A stretch of 64,000 nucleotides of DNA from Antedon mediterranea (GCF_964355755.1 NC_092673.1:1178001-1242000); one strand, 5' to 3'. Shown: positions 24,482 through 39,400, numbered from the stretch's first letter. Translations and numbers: made by a program. The notes: generated from the sequence alone by a model not told the origin.

Positions 24482-25089
24482 CATGCATGCATGGACATGG
24501 TTTAGGAGTTCATATTTGGGTAATACTAATAGTACATTATTGCATTTTAATAATAAGTAAGAATTAAGATGTGTATATTCGATTGAAGACTAGGCTTTTA
24601 GGCCTGCCCTGGGCCTAGACAAGCTATGAATTTTCGTAGTTGACACTAGCCCTAGGTGCCTAGCCTATCTATAGACTAGAGGTACATTACATAGCTAGCG
24701 AGAGAGAGAGGGGCAGGGCGAGGGGCAGGCCCGGCTAGCTAGGCTAGGCTAGGCTATCTAGGCCTAGGCCTAGTAGGCGGGCCAAAACTAGTCTAGGAGA
24801 CTAGGCCTAGCTATATAATATGCCCTCCCCGGGCCTACACATCTATCAAGAAAAGCTAACAAAAAGCATACATACTATGCCAAAAAGGTATACAAAAACG
24901 TACAAAAACCATGCACGTATCCTCAAAATAATGTTGACCGTCGTCTGTCGTGCATCACCACCACCTGGCCTGGGCTACTGGTGGAGCCTGGCCTGACACC
25001 TGTGTGTGCGTGTGGTCTCTGGGGATCAACTAAAAAATGAAACGTTTTTGACATTTGATGAATCTCAATCGCTTTGGACCGCAAATACC

Positions 25090-25160
25090 TTAAATTGTAG
25101 TACCTACTGAAAAACAATAACAAAACATCTCTCTCGCGCGCGAACCGCGGAAGTCAGAAG
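25090..25160. promoter_or_regulatory. Candidate bidirectional promoter between the GNAT gene and NHLRC2
   Basis: CpG-rich patch TCTCGCGCGCGAACCGCGGAAGT with an ETS core CGGAAGT at about 25148-25154, just upstream of the NHLRC2 ATG. The GNAT gene points away on the minus strand. Confidence 0.5.
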
Positions 25161-28100
25161 ATGTTTTCGTTAGATTTGCCAGCAAACGCGTCCAAGATTG
25201 AGAGGGAAGAAGCAATTAATATATTTCTCTCAAAAACTGAAGATGACTCTAAGATTAACAGACTAATATTCATTAAAGACGGTTGGTTTAGTTAATTTGT
25301 ATTTATGTAGGCTTAAGCCTAGGCCTCCTACCTATATAGGCCCATCCCCCCATAGTTAGCATATGGTTGTGTTTGACTGATACAGGCACAGGGCCTTGCT
25401 GGTGTTCAAACAGGTGTTTCATCTTCACAAGGTCGTTTCGTACAGTATAAAACAAATTCCGTTTTGGTTGCGGTTAATAATATTACGTCTACAGCAATAA
25501 TATTAAAGAATTTAATTTTTTTTTAGGCTTAGAATGGATGAACACGTCTGAAAAATTGGACTTCACAACAAATTTGAAAGGCAAATTGGTTGTGTTAGAC
25601 TTCTTCACGTACTGTTGTATCAACTGCATGCATATTCTACCAGATCTGGAAAAACTTGAAGATCTTTTCACAGTTGCAGATGGATTGGTTGTTGTAGGGG
25701 TGCATTCAGCAAAGTTTGAGAATGAGAAAACATCGGCCAACATTCTGAGTGCGATCATGCGTTACAATATCACTCACCCGGTTGTAAATGATGACACGAT
25801 AACGCTTTGGAACGAACTGGAAATCACATGCTGGCCAACACTTGTTGTTGTCAGTCCTTCAGGAAAGCGACTGGTCACATACGTTGGAGAAGGCCATTTT
25901 ACCGAGCTGGTAGAATTCTGTACAGTTGCTCTCGATTTCTACAAATGCCATGGACATATTTCAGATCACAACCTACCAATAGAGCTTGCTAAAGATTCTT
26001 TACCAACCACAATTCTCTCATTCCCAGGGAAAGTAAATATCAGCCAAGATGGTGAGCATTTGGTGATAAGTGATACTGGTCATCACTGTGTTCTTATTAC
26101 CACAAAGGAGGGTGTGGTCTTGCATACTATTGGTGGTAAGAGGCAAGCTGGATACAAAGATGGGACCTTTGAAGATGCACAGATGAACTGTCCACAGGGA
26201 GTTGTATGGCATCAAGATTCAATATATGTTGCAGACACTGAAAATCATCGTATTCGAATGGTAAACGATGGTTTATTCAATTTTCCAGCAAGGTTTAATA
26301 CTTAGAAATGTAACTGAAAAAGAATGGTGAATGAACAATTATGGATAAATGATGATGAAAAATAAAGCAGATTGTTAATTTGGTAGAATGCTATTTGATT
26401 CTCGTTTTCTTGCCCGGTACAATGAAATTCATGTTGTTAAACTATTTAAATTAATGATAACTTATTCTTTATTTTCACTAAATTTTAGATTGACATGAAG
26501 AATAAAATGGTATCAACAATAGCTGGCACTGGTGAAATGGGCCAAGACAAAGAAGGTGGCAAGGAGGGTGTGAACCAGCCTATCAGCTCCCCGTGGGACG
26601 TGGCAATTGGTGGGCCTAACAACAGTGTACTGTTCATTGCAATGGCTGGAACACACCAAATATGGACACTGTTTCTCCAGGACACTACTTGGTTAAAAAA
26701 TGTGTTAGTTGAGGAACAGAACATCTTTCTTTATTAATATATGTTTATTATTAAGTATACTTCCTAAAATTCAGTGTTGACTGGTTTAAACAATTTTGTT
26801 TGTCGAGAAACGTATTAAAAGTTTACGTATATTAAAGCGAATTAGAACATCACACAGCAGCAACCATATATTTCACATATAAATAGTCATACGGTTTTTA
26901 TGTTTACAGGGTTTACAAACAAGGAGTATGCACAAGATTTGCAGGAAGTGGAAAAGAAGAAAATCGAAACAATTCATACCCTCACAAAGCGAGCTTTGCG
27001 CAACCCTCCGGCATCACATTAGCCCAAGACGAACGTCTGTTTATTGCAGACAGCGAGAGCAGCAGCATACGTAGTGTGGCGTTGAAAGATGGCGCAACCA
27101 AAGCCGTCGTTGGCGGTGAACGTGATCCTATGGTAACATTTTGTATACTGTACTATTAGTTTTTGGCTTTCTATTCAGGTAAAGATATAATAATAAAATA
27201 CCCTAACAAAATGTCTCCTTGATAGAAGTGTCCACTGTATAGGTGTGTCCTCTGAATAGGAGTGTCCTCTGAATATGTTCTCTTAATAGTTGTGTCAAAA
27301 ATAAAGAGTTGTACCGTATACAATTACAGGTTGACCCAATTAATCTAATAAGTTTGTTTCCTACAAAAGAAAGTTTCTACAAATGAGTTTCCATGGTGTC
27401 GTATAAAAGTTGGTTATTTTTAATCTTAGAATCTTTTTGCTTATGGTGATGTGGATGGAAAAGCAGTTGATGCGAAGTTGCAGCATCCTCTGGGAGTGGC
27501 ATGGAACAAAGTGAATCACAACCTGTATGTGGCCGATTCCTACAATCATAAGGTACGTGTGCGTCAAGAAATGGTTTTAGTAAAGTTAGGCTTGTGGTAC
27601 ACCATGTGATTTTAAGGGAAGGAAAGTTGAGGATGTCTCGATGTTTGTGCTACAACTGTCTTTTGGAGAATGCTAGGCAAAATGCGTAAAATATTAAGTA
27701 GTACATTGTAAGGTTTTTGGTCATCACACCAGGACAACAAAAGTACTGTACAGCCAAAGACAATGGCGTAACTGTAAACATTAAATAAATGTTAGATGCA
27801 TATAAAAATTAATTTAATTCTTTTACCCCAGATAAAAGTAGTAGATACAGTAAACAGAATGTGTACAACACTTATAGGCAGTGGTAAACCTGGCAAACAG
27901 GATGGTTCCATTTTAAAAGAGGTAGAATTTAATGAACCAGGAGGATTGTGCGTGACTCCCGATGGAAATGGTCTTTATATCGCCGACACAAACAACCATG
28001 CTGTTCGCTACGTTGACTTGCTACAAAATACTGTAAAGGAGGTTAGTTTAAATAAGTACTCTAAAGCTGACAAAAAAGTGTTATGTGGCCAAATATTGTA

Positions 28101-28853
28101 GTGATATGACATCATCGTGTCCATATATGGGCACATCACATTTTTTATGTCACATAAAGTTTGAGCTTCAGGAAAATAAATAATTGAGGGAAAATCTTAA
28201 TTTTAATCTCTTTGTTTCATTTAGCCAATCATATTCTGTGAAATTAAGTAAAGTTAACTTTTGTTTTATTTCAGTTAAAGATAATCACTAGTTCTAACCA
28301 ATCAGAAACTAAGACGTTTGATGATGGTTCAAAGGTTACTAGCATCATTTCCAAGAAAGCTTCCGTCACTCAGCTAAACGCCGTTAAACTTGCAACTATC
28401 TCACAACTGACTGTCCAACTGGATATAAGACTACCAAAAGATTGCAAACTAACAGAGGGCGCTCCATCAATGTGGCAAGCATATTGTAAAGGTATGATCA
28501 ATTTGTTTACAGTTAAGCTTAAAGCTAAGATCTAACGATTGGTTTAGAGAAAAATACTATTTAAACGGAATATGTTTTCTTGTATAACAGACTCATCTGG
28601 CGACCAAGTTAAATCTCTCTTCCATCAGAAAAAGACAACAATTGACAACATCGACGAACAACCATCTTGTACTTTGAAAGTGGATAGCTTTGTTGGTTTC
28701 CATGGCGTCATTGATGTTGAGGTCAAAGTTTATTATTGCGAGGCATCTGGGATATGCAAGATGCAAGACATTCTCTTCAAGCTTCCTGTAGAAATCAGTA
28801 ATGAAGAATCTGCAACTAATTTAAATATTTGTTTAAGACATGATATTGAATAA
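25161..28853 (+). CDS. NHLRC2: NHL repeat-containing protein 2 (thioredoxin-like domain + NHL beta-propeller)
   Basis: Motifs [65 protein letters not shown]. Exons (GT-AG, frame checked): 25161-25281, 25527-26260, 26489-26703, 26910-27132, 27430-27552, 27832-28041, 28275-28491, 28591-28853. AATAAA at about 28920. Confidence 0.96.
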
Positions 28854-29114
28854 CCAAAGTTATATTTTTACATAAATTAATATTTTTTTTATAATTCTAT
28901 ATTTTTTACTAATATAGCAAATAAACAATTGTGCTATTTCTTACTAATTGTTGTACCTATTGATAAGACAACTGTAAAATATAAAATGGATTCTTCCATG
29001 ATTGGTGAAATGATCAACCTAAAAAAATCTCTGAAATTGAGACCTGACACTGTCTAAAATCCAACTGAAATTCAACAAAAACAATGCCTACTACTACTAC
29101 TACTGTTAAAACAA

Positions 29115-29254
29115 AGCTCTGTCTACACTATCAAACTAGTTTGACAAAAAAAGTGTGATATGCCCAAATATGGTAGTGATATGATATCATCATGTCCATA
29201 AATGGGCACATCACATTTTTTGTTGCATAAAGTTTAAATAGGGTAGACAGAGCT
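29115..29254. mobile_element. MITE family A copy between the NHLRC2 and PDCD4 3' ends
   Basis: Both TIRs present; right flank TAA. Confidence 0.85.
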
Positions 29255-30478
29255 TAACAATGATAACAAACGATTACAATTTTAATTTTTTTGTCTTTTA
29301 TTTCTTTAAAGTTTTTCAATTTTTTTTTTACATTTGTTGTGTACACAATTAAACCTGAACATATTTCTTAACCATTTTCTGTCTGATAACAGAATTTTTT
29401 TCCTTTCGCATTTTTAAAATTTAAACCTTTCATCCTTAAATGTAACTTTAATAAGGCCAATGTTTTTAAACAAACTAAATGATTTAACGTGCAAGATACT
29501 ATAATGTAGGGTTACCAAATCATCTTCTAACGGACCATTAAATTCACAATATAAGTCTGTTGCTACACCAACAAACACTAGCACAATTTCAAGATAAAAT
29601 TATACATTTAATATTTATTCCATGACAAATATTGTTTTATTATTTTTGTGATATTGTGAACAACTTGATCATATTTCACCTAAATGTGCATTCTTCCTTC
29701 TCACACTCTCTCTCAATCTCACTTTGTTCTTTTAGTTCTCACGAGAAAAAAAAATATAGAACTGCAAAACTAGATATCTGTTTCTTCTTATTTTACAAAT
29801 TTGAACTTGTTAAGTTCTAGCATACAGACTTAAACTGTATTTACAACCTGTAGATACTGCCCCCACCAAATTATTTAATGTATGTTTGCTTAATTGTATT
29901 CACAGTGGAATAATACCAGTACGGCAAATGATTTAAACTCTTTTTCTGCATTTTTGTTTATAAAAAAATGAGATTATTTCACTTGCTACCTAAATACAAA
30001 GTGGATAATTAATAGGAGTGACATCCATAACAAAGTAAAATTTGAAAATTAAAATGATAACACAAAACCTTAAAAGGGGTGCACAGACAGCTAACACAGT
30101 TTAAATGTTGCCATTAATCTAGCTTTAGATGTTTTGCTAAGTACCTAAAGCATAAAAGGACATTAAACATGGTACAGTACATATTAATTAATTATTTTAA
30201 TAATTAGTTATCTAACATAACAGAAGCTATGAAGTATTTTTTTTATCTCCTGAACTTAGAATTTTCTATTAAAAATTATAAATTTATTTTCAAAATTTAT
30301 CCTTACGGAGATATCAATACTAATGCACAATGCAAGTTAAAATTGCTTACCTTAATATTTAAAAACGGACTTTTTTGCTTAAAAAGAATACTGAATTTTA
30401 AATGAAGGTCTATATTTGTAACAAACCACTACAATTTCAGTGTATTTAGCGCTGTAGACAATGGAACCCTTTGTCAAA

Positions 30479-33400
30479 CTACTCCTTGAACCGCCCGCCA
30501 TCTCCCTCCGACACAAACCTCTTTCGAACCCTTTGAAAAAATTAGAAAATTATATATTTTTTCATAACCAACATAAGATCAAAATAAATTTTGCTTTAAA
30601 AAAGTTCAATTTCAAAGCATTTAGACCACAGTGCATACTAAGATTGTTAACAAGTGCATGTACTTAATAATAAATAAAAATGAATGTTACCTGCTGGGAA
30701 GTTGACTTCTGAGAACCTTAGTAAATACATGTTCCTTTTCACATATCTCCGCATACGCTTCAAGATTGGCGTAAGCGTGTGGAACATCTATGACTAAGTC
30801 GGGCATAATCGCATACACACGTTGGAATCCCTGATGAAAGAAACGCAGATGGTGTCAAATTATTACATTACAAAACAAGGTGAGCTACTTCTAATGATAT
30901 GTATACAAATTGTCTTATGAAATATCTAGAACATTCATAATATAGATTTCTGGATTTTAGTTTGTTATAAATAATGTGACAATTGTATAGCGCTATTTCG
31001 TAAAGACCACAGCTCGTAGAGTGTTTGTTGATTATTCAAATTATCTAGACTCTTATAAAGTTAGTGTTTATTCTGTAAATGATAGGAAATTTCCCAATTA
31101 TGATCTGTCTATATTTATGTACTTTTTATTTCCAGGGACCACTCACTGTTCATAGCCTCTGAATCTCTGTCTATGTTTTGTTATTGTCCTCTTTATTGTA
31201 TATATTTGAATCTCTCTTAAAAAGTCAATATTTACTAATCTTGAAAGCATTTCTCTTAAACATAATATTGACCTAGCAGAAAACTTACAGTATTCAATTG
31301 GTCAACAGTGACGACTCCAGTGTCGTACATGACCTTTAATAGTTTGCACATCTTATTTGCAATTGTGTGTCCAGGGTCTTCAAGGTGCTCAATAACCATT
31401 ACTGTCATCTGAAAATAACAACATACAAAGTAACTACTAATCCAGATATCCTGCTGCTGCTGCTAACATCATATTTTTTACACAACTTTATTTTAACAGT
31501 CAAGTAAGCAAACATACATTTTTTTACCGCTCTGAGTTGACCAATGTCAAGCGACAGTTTGAATAATCCATCGCTTGTGATTGGTGTTGTGTCCTAATAA
31601 ACATCAACAAAATTTAACAAAATAATAATAATTAATTCAGTGCATATAAAGAAGCTCTCAATGCACTGTATTATTATTTTTATTTGACAAAAAAAGTGTG
31701 ATGTACCCAAATATGGTAGTGATATGACGTCATCATGCTCATATATAGAAACATCACATTTTTTTGTCACATAATGTTTGATAGTGTAGACAAAGGTTAA
31801 GGAAAGGATTATCTAGCTAAGCTAAATCCTACCTCATAGACAACCTCATGGTGAAAATGAGGCACCTCTAAATCCCTTAGGCAGTGGATAGCTTCATCAA
31901 TATCACCTGATGATAAGTACTCCTTCAATAACAGCACAATCTGATGAATAACACAAATCATTTCAATAATTAGACCAAGAAAAAAAAAGACCAATAGTAA
32001 ATTTGGAATGTTTACGTAATATACCTCACTTTTAATGAAATGGTACCAATTTTAATTTTTCACTTGATGGACGAATATGATCTTTGTGATAAAAGAATTA
32101 ATAATAAAATTAATTTTCCTGCCTGTATTGCATGATAACTAGTTTGTTTTTCATTTTGTATATTTAGGTATGGTTTGTTTTTGTTGAATTTAAGCATGAA
32201 GCTTAAAATGCTTTACTCATAAAATATATATATGCATATATTATGCATTGTGTTGGTGTACATACACACATAGCCTATTTTTATATTATATGTATTCATA
32301 CTTTTGATATAAAGAAAGAATCCACATGTACCGGAAGTAATAAACTGAATATCTTCTTTTTAAGAAAATAAATGTATAAATAATCACGTTAGAAAAACAC
32401 TATCGCTTTTGATGATGAACAACTCTAAAATGTATATAGGAAATGTTCTTTTTTAAATATCTATTATGTTGTGTTTATTGTTTTATGTTTTTTTATGTAT
32501 AAAGGGTCCTGCGAAAACAGAAGTGTAAACTTCTCTATGCAGGATCCTTGCCATCATTTATGCTATGAAACTATATTTATAAAGGATGAGTAAATAAATG
32601 TGAATTGAATTGAAAAAATGTACTTGTATTTTGAAATACAAAACATATTACATAGTATTGTATTAGGCATATTAATATTTAACAAATAAACGCATTCTGT
32701 GTGCAGATATAATATTGTTTAGGTGTTTTAATAATAGTCATGGTTGGACAGTTAATCCTTGAAATTCAAACCTAAATTACTTCAAGGGATAAATTACTAA
32801 ATCTATTTGTTTTGAGTAAACAATAAATATACAATACCCTTTTGACAAGCAGCTTAGTTGGTTTTCTACCCCCTCCTACACCCCATACATCATCAAGTCT
32901 ACATAGCCCATGTTTGCGATTCAACAAATTATCAGCCTTGTCAAGAGACTCTCTGGAAAAAAACAATAACACAACAATATTAGCGAGCTTTTGATATGCA
33001 ACAACCTGGCACCTAAACATATTGTGTCATTAGTTGTCATCCTCAATTCACTCCACAACAAATTTAAATATTCAAAACTGAAGGTCAGTGATGAAATTAT
33101 GGATGAAATAGGCTAGGTGTCATCCAACTTTAAGGTAAAATCGATAAGGTACCCAGCCTAAACAAACAAAAGAAAAGGTCAATCTCCAATTTGTTAAAGA
33201 GAAAGTTCTGAAAAACAGATAGTAAAGGACTAAATTGATTACAATTTTAAATATTTGTATCACTGCCTGAATATGGCCTGGTACGTAGTACAGTAGTGTC
33301 AGTATTTATCCATGCATCTGAATTACAGTATAACAACATTAATAGGCCTGGTACGTACTAGAGTAGTGTCAGTATTTATCCATGCATCTGAATTACAGTA

Positions 33401-36400
33401 TAACAACATTCATAGAGTGAATTCTGTTGATTAACATGCACTAATACACAAAGCCTCTTGGGATCATACATTATGAACAGACTGAATATTAATGATAAGT
33501 ATCGTACGATACGCAATTCTTTACTCAGTGGTATAGTTGCATTGGGCTGTTCATGCTCTGGGGTCCTTAAGCTCTGGGGAGTCTGATTTAGCACTCCTAA
33601 GGGGAACTTCAACGCTGGGTAGCTGTATTGGGGCTGCTCATACACTGGATGCCGTTAAGCTCTGGTTTGCCAGAAAGTGCTCATAGCCATTACACCACTG
33701 TCTCTACTCTTTGTATAGGTACTGCATATCTGTTAATAAATTGCATTATAAAGTCCTATTTTAGGACCTGGGTAAAGAAATTTTAATGGATTAAGTATGT
33801 ATCTAAGAAAATCATTAGTAAAATGAAAGTGTTTAAAAACCATTGTTAAAAAGACTTACCTCATAATATCTGTATGAACTTTGCCCTTAAAATCTTGAAT
33901 AAAACGAGGCGGAAGGCAGTCATCCGCGATGGCTCGTGCAATGAATTGCCCCAGCATCTGAAAGACGCATTAATAATTTGTAGTGTTTAATTTGTATCTA
34001 TGTGTGTGTCCTAATATCTGTACCTATACTGTACTTAAATATCTTTATAAATTCCTGCTATAACCTTATAAGTACAGTATCTGTTTACATTTGGGACACT
34101 GTCCTCCTTTTGCTCAAAGCAGACACAATGGAATTTGAAAACAACAAGATAATACTGTAATACTAGACGAATTTCATAAAACTGATACATATATTATTAT
34201 CTATGGGTTTTCACCCGTATGAATTTATTTAATGGCATTATTTATTATCATCACACAGTTACTGTATTACATTACAGAATAGATTGCAACACATAATATT
34301 AATCTAATGACATGCGTGATCTCTCCTACAAAACGACCTCGTTGTCTAAAATGACACAATTCATTCACAATGTTGACATGAATTAGTATTTATATGTATC
34401 TATCTTTTTACAAATGCAAGTTTCTCTAAATAAATTAATATTTTATAATCAATAATATGGATAATAAACCCACCCGAGTGTATACTTTCCATTTGATTTA
34501 TTATTGCATGTTACGTGCTGTTTAGTATTAGTTCTACTGAACGGAAAAGTGATATTTCATGGCGATATTTAATAGTACTATTGCACCTTCAGCCTCTTAT
34601 AAACATTTTGGAAATGAAAGACAACCTGTATTGTACAATGTCTATAATTCTGCGTTCATAATTGGAGCGCGGCCTTTTAAATTAGTTCTGCTTTTTGATA
34701 GAGCGCTGCCTTTTGATGGCCTAGCCTCCCATCTATCCTTAATATTGATTAATGATGGAAGCAGTGGATTCATTGAATAAAAACGTAATTTATTTTTCAA
34801 ATCATAAACATTCATTATTTGTATTATTGTATAGTAGGTTGTCTGGCAAGGCAAGTACGTACCTCAGGAGCTCCTGGGGTGTCGAGAGTAAGCTCTGGAA
34901 GGCCTTCCAACAACCTAAGGAATGCCATTTGCAAGTGGTCCATTGAAATCACTTTCTTGCCAAAAAGGTCAGAGATCAAAGCTGATGTCATCTCCTTGTG
35001 CATGGCTTTCTTCTCAAGTGCAAGGGTAACGGCCAGGGCAGGAACATTGTGGTGGTTGTCATTAATGTTTAGTTCTTCAAGGCAGGCCTGGTGATGAAAG
35101 AATAATTAAAATAAGAATGTGCAGCATTAAGCTCTGTCTACACTATCAAACTTTATCATTTATGTGACAAAAAAATGTGATGTGCCCATATATGGACATG
35201 ATGATGTCATATCACAATATTTGGGCATATCACTACCATATTTGGGCACATCACTACCATATTTGGGCACATCACACAAGCTTCATATCATGAATAATAT
35301 TACTCTATGATTATGTGACAAAAAAAGTGTGATGTGCTCATATATGGACATGATGATGTCATATCACAATATTTGGGCATATCACTACCATATTTGGGCA
35401 CATCACTACCATATTTGGGCACATCACACAAGCTTTATATCATGAATAATATTACTCTATGATTATGTGACAAAAAAAGTGTGATGTGCTCATATATGGA
35501 CATGATGATGTCATATCACAACAATATTTGGGCACATCACACAGAGCTTTATATCATGAATAATATTACTCCATTGTTATACAAAAGAGTGGTAGGGAGT
35601 ACAATGCATAGAGCACTGACCATCAGCAATACCTTTATCAGACAAGGACCGTGTTCGTACGGCGATTGAAATACACGTTTATTTGGTTTTTACCCTTGGG
35701 GTAAAACCCATACGACGTTCGTACGAATAAACAAAGTACCGGTAAGCTGACACGAAACCAATTAAGATCGGAATTCTTAGGTCAAAAAGCGCCCTCTGTG
35801 CGTCGACCCATATCAATTGACATGGCGTGTTGACAAATTCAACTGGATATTGCATGTCGTTTCGCGCGCGAATCGTTCAATTATTATTTTTCAATCGACA
35901 ACCAGACCTATATATTTATAATACATCGAATACAATTTACTTTTTAAATAAATAATGATCGAAAATCCTGCTAACGTATGTTGTTTGTTGACCACGTGTA
36001 TTTATCGTGCGAGTCGAACTATTGTTGTGGAAATTCCATTTAATGTACACGCACTGTACCCCTCTTGTAAAAATCACCACATGTATTTACCGTGCGAGCC
36101 GAACTATTGTTGTGGAAATTCCATTTAATGTACACGCACTGTACCCCTCTTGTAAAAATCACCACGTGTATTTATCGTGCGAGCCGAACTATTGTTGTGA
36201 AAATTCCATTTAATGTACACGCACTGTACCCCTCTTGTAAAAATCACCACGTGTATTCATCGTGCGAGTCGAACTATTGTTGTAAAAATTCCATTTAACA
36301 CGCACTGTACCCCTCTTACCGTGCGAGCCGAACGGTTGATGTGGTAATTCACAGACACCAGGCTACCACAATACAGAACTCCCTGCCGTTACATGTACAT

Positions 36401-39400
36401 TATAAGCCACCGATTCGCAAGTTCAGGTCACCGGAAAAAAACCAACGAGTTGATTATTTATATATAATTTTACAAAACAATAGATATACATTCGCATTAA
36501 CGAAAAAGAACATTTTAAACAATAATTGTTAAACAATCAGAAAGCTTATTTGAGGTCGCGATTTGACATGACCCCGTTAACGCTTGATTAATTATACCCC
36601 GAGGCAGCGTGTAATTGGAATGGGATTGAAATAACCAGTAAAGTTGGTGGATTTTTCGTCCAGATGGTTTTCTAATTTTTTATAGCCAGAGGCGTAAGTT
36701 AATTGCCACACGCGACCTCACAGTTGGAAGTACACGGTAGTTTCAGTCCCGTCCGAACGGGCCCGTTGACCTTCAAATATTAATCAAATCAAAACCCCAG
36801 AGGTTATCCTTAATCATTCTAGCAGGCGTAAATTAATTTAAAATGATATAATCAAGTTAAAGCATCAGTAATCTATGATAACACCAATACCAAACGGTAA
36901 TGACCTCCTAGTTGTTGTTGTGACATGGAGTTGCATCATCATTATAATAACTTATTGATTATGTCACAGGCTACCAATGGTAGTAATGACCTCTGAGTTG
37001 TGACATGGAGTTGCATCATCATTGATTATGTCACGGTTTTATTTATTATGTCAATTATTTTGGAAATATTCTTTTTTTCAAACCAACAATTAGTAAACTA
37101 ACCTTCTTGACAGTTTCGCTGTCCTGATCGGACAGCTTCTTCAGAAAAAAAGAATATTTCCAAAATAACTTATATCTACAAACCAGATGAACATTTTTAA
37201 TCATGTCAAGGGTTAGCGACACCCTCCATAGTGACAATGTTGGCCAGTTGGTGAGGAACTTAAGCAGAAGGTATTGAAAGATCTATCAATACTATAGGCC
37301 TATCCTCAAAGAATGTTCATATCACACTTAAAGCGAAAAGAAATTTCTTGTATTTTGTCCTTATAACTCATTTTTGTCTTTATCATTTCTTTATTTGTAT
37401 TTGTAAAGTTATTTTTGCATAATATGTATTTTTATTTCTATATTTGAGAATACACCAGCGGTCGAGTACTTCTATATTTACATTGTCTTGGCAATAATTT
37501 ATTATAAAACATTTTTATTATCACTAGTTTTATGTCAACAAATGATATAACTGAACCATATGGTACATGAGTACAGTCACCATATGCTGTAGCTCATCAC
37601 GTCTAGAGGAAAACAAACGACAACGTTAGTTATTATGTTTGGGTCAAATTCCCTTTCAGGAAAAAAAAATACATGTATTAAACCATGGTTTTAGCTGCAG
37701 AAAATTAAGAGTGGGTGGTACAATAGGAATAGTAGATGGGTGGTAGCAACAGTAATAGGGTACTAGGGTGGGTTGAACTAGGTGTAAAGCTTGGTCTACA
37801 TTATCAAACTAGTTTGACAAAAAAAGTGTGATGTGCCCAACCATGGTAGTGATATGACATCATCATGTCCATATATAGGCACATCACATTTTTTTTGTCA
37901 CATAAAGTTTGATAGTGTAGACAGAGCTTAAGAAGTTTTAAGGGTGGATTAGCTGTGCCAATATGAGGTGCACATAATGTCACTATTTTGAATAAGAATC
38001 TAATTTTAAATTTGATTGTGTTTCTTCTTTTTACTAAATTCATTAAAGTGGATGACAATAGTTTGATTAACTTTTAAGCTTGCCAGAATATTATCTAATA
38101 TCAAAAACCATTCTAAAATAAATGAGTTGACTGCAATGGGGAGATGGGTAAGGATTTCCTGTACATTTATGGTGGCATCTGCAAAGGGCCAGTATTACTT
38201 TCTCAACAGGAAGCAAAGAATTTCAATTTGGTCAGAGGCCAACAAAGTTGAACAAGACTTTAACTTTGCCTATCGTTGCACAAAATTAACAGTTGTAATT
38301 TCAGTTGTTTTATTGGATGTTTAAAATATTTATAAATAGTTCTTAGTAGTACTAGGGACTACTACTGTAGTATGTAGTACCAACAAATTTTAAACAATTA
38401 AATATTTGTAAACAATTCTAAGTCACACTCTTTATACTTATATATTAAATTGGGTTTTATTAGTTTCTGTCTCACAAATGATTCCATCAAAATCTACCCC
38501 ATACTTTGCAATTGCAATATAAAACCTTTGATCTTTTTTTTTGTGTACGATTTATATAAATCCACCTAATTCACAAAGTAAGACTTCTTTTTAAAACATA
38601 CCATCATATCCTTTGATCAATTTCCTGACAAATTTGAATATCATTAATTTTTGAACATGTGCCAATTTTTTCCCAAAGGTGCAGAAGGCCACATCCAGGG
38701 TAGAGAAGTAAATCTCCCAGGGTAGCGTTAGTTAGTGGGAGCCAATGGACCAAAAATATGGAATTATGATTTTACTTCACTAATTTACAACAATAAGTAA
38801 CTAAAGGCCCAACTTTGCAGGGTAAACATAAAATCACAAAATAGTCCAAAGAAAATTTAAACAATTAATTGATGAGGGTGGTCATTGGTCATAGAATATT
38901 ATAATTAAAATGAATGTCTTTGTTATGGTAATGAACAGATTGTTAATTTTATCACTAGACCTGGTTCAAGAAGGATATAAGCAACAGAATGAGACTAGCA
39001 GCATGTAGAACCAGCAACGGTGGGTGGAGCAGCTATCACAGATGCCCAAAAGCATTGTACAATATTACCATCTGTCCTGTTGTTATTAGGTTACCATTAC
39101 CACGTGGCAGAACATAAGCATTACAGCACTCCAAAGCGAATCATTTACTGTTTGTGATGGATGCTGTTCCCCCAATCCCCAGTTCAGAACTGGGGATGGA
39201 GGAACAGCATCGTGTTGTTTCCTCCACCCCAGTTCGGGGTACTCTAAAAAGCTATCTGAATGAGGCTGAATTTTGGGAGTTAGAGGCTCATCCCTGGTAT
39301 CAAGTTTTCATTGTATTGTATCGAAATAAATCAAATTAAATACCTTCTAGCTATCTAATTAAAAGATACTCACAATTACTTCATCAGTATCCCCGTGCTC

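Noticed and set aside
36007-36298. Two near-identical 68-aa ORFs
   Set aside because: Translations of the 85-bp tandem repeat inside a non-autonomous element.
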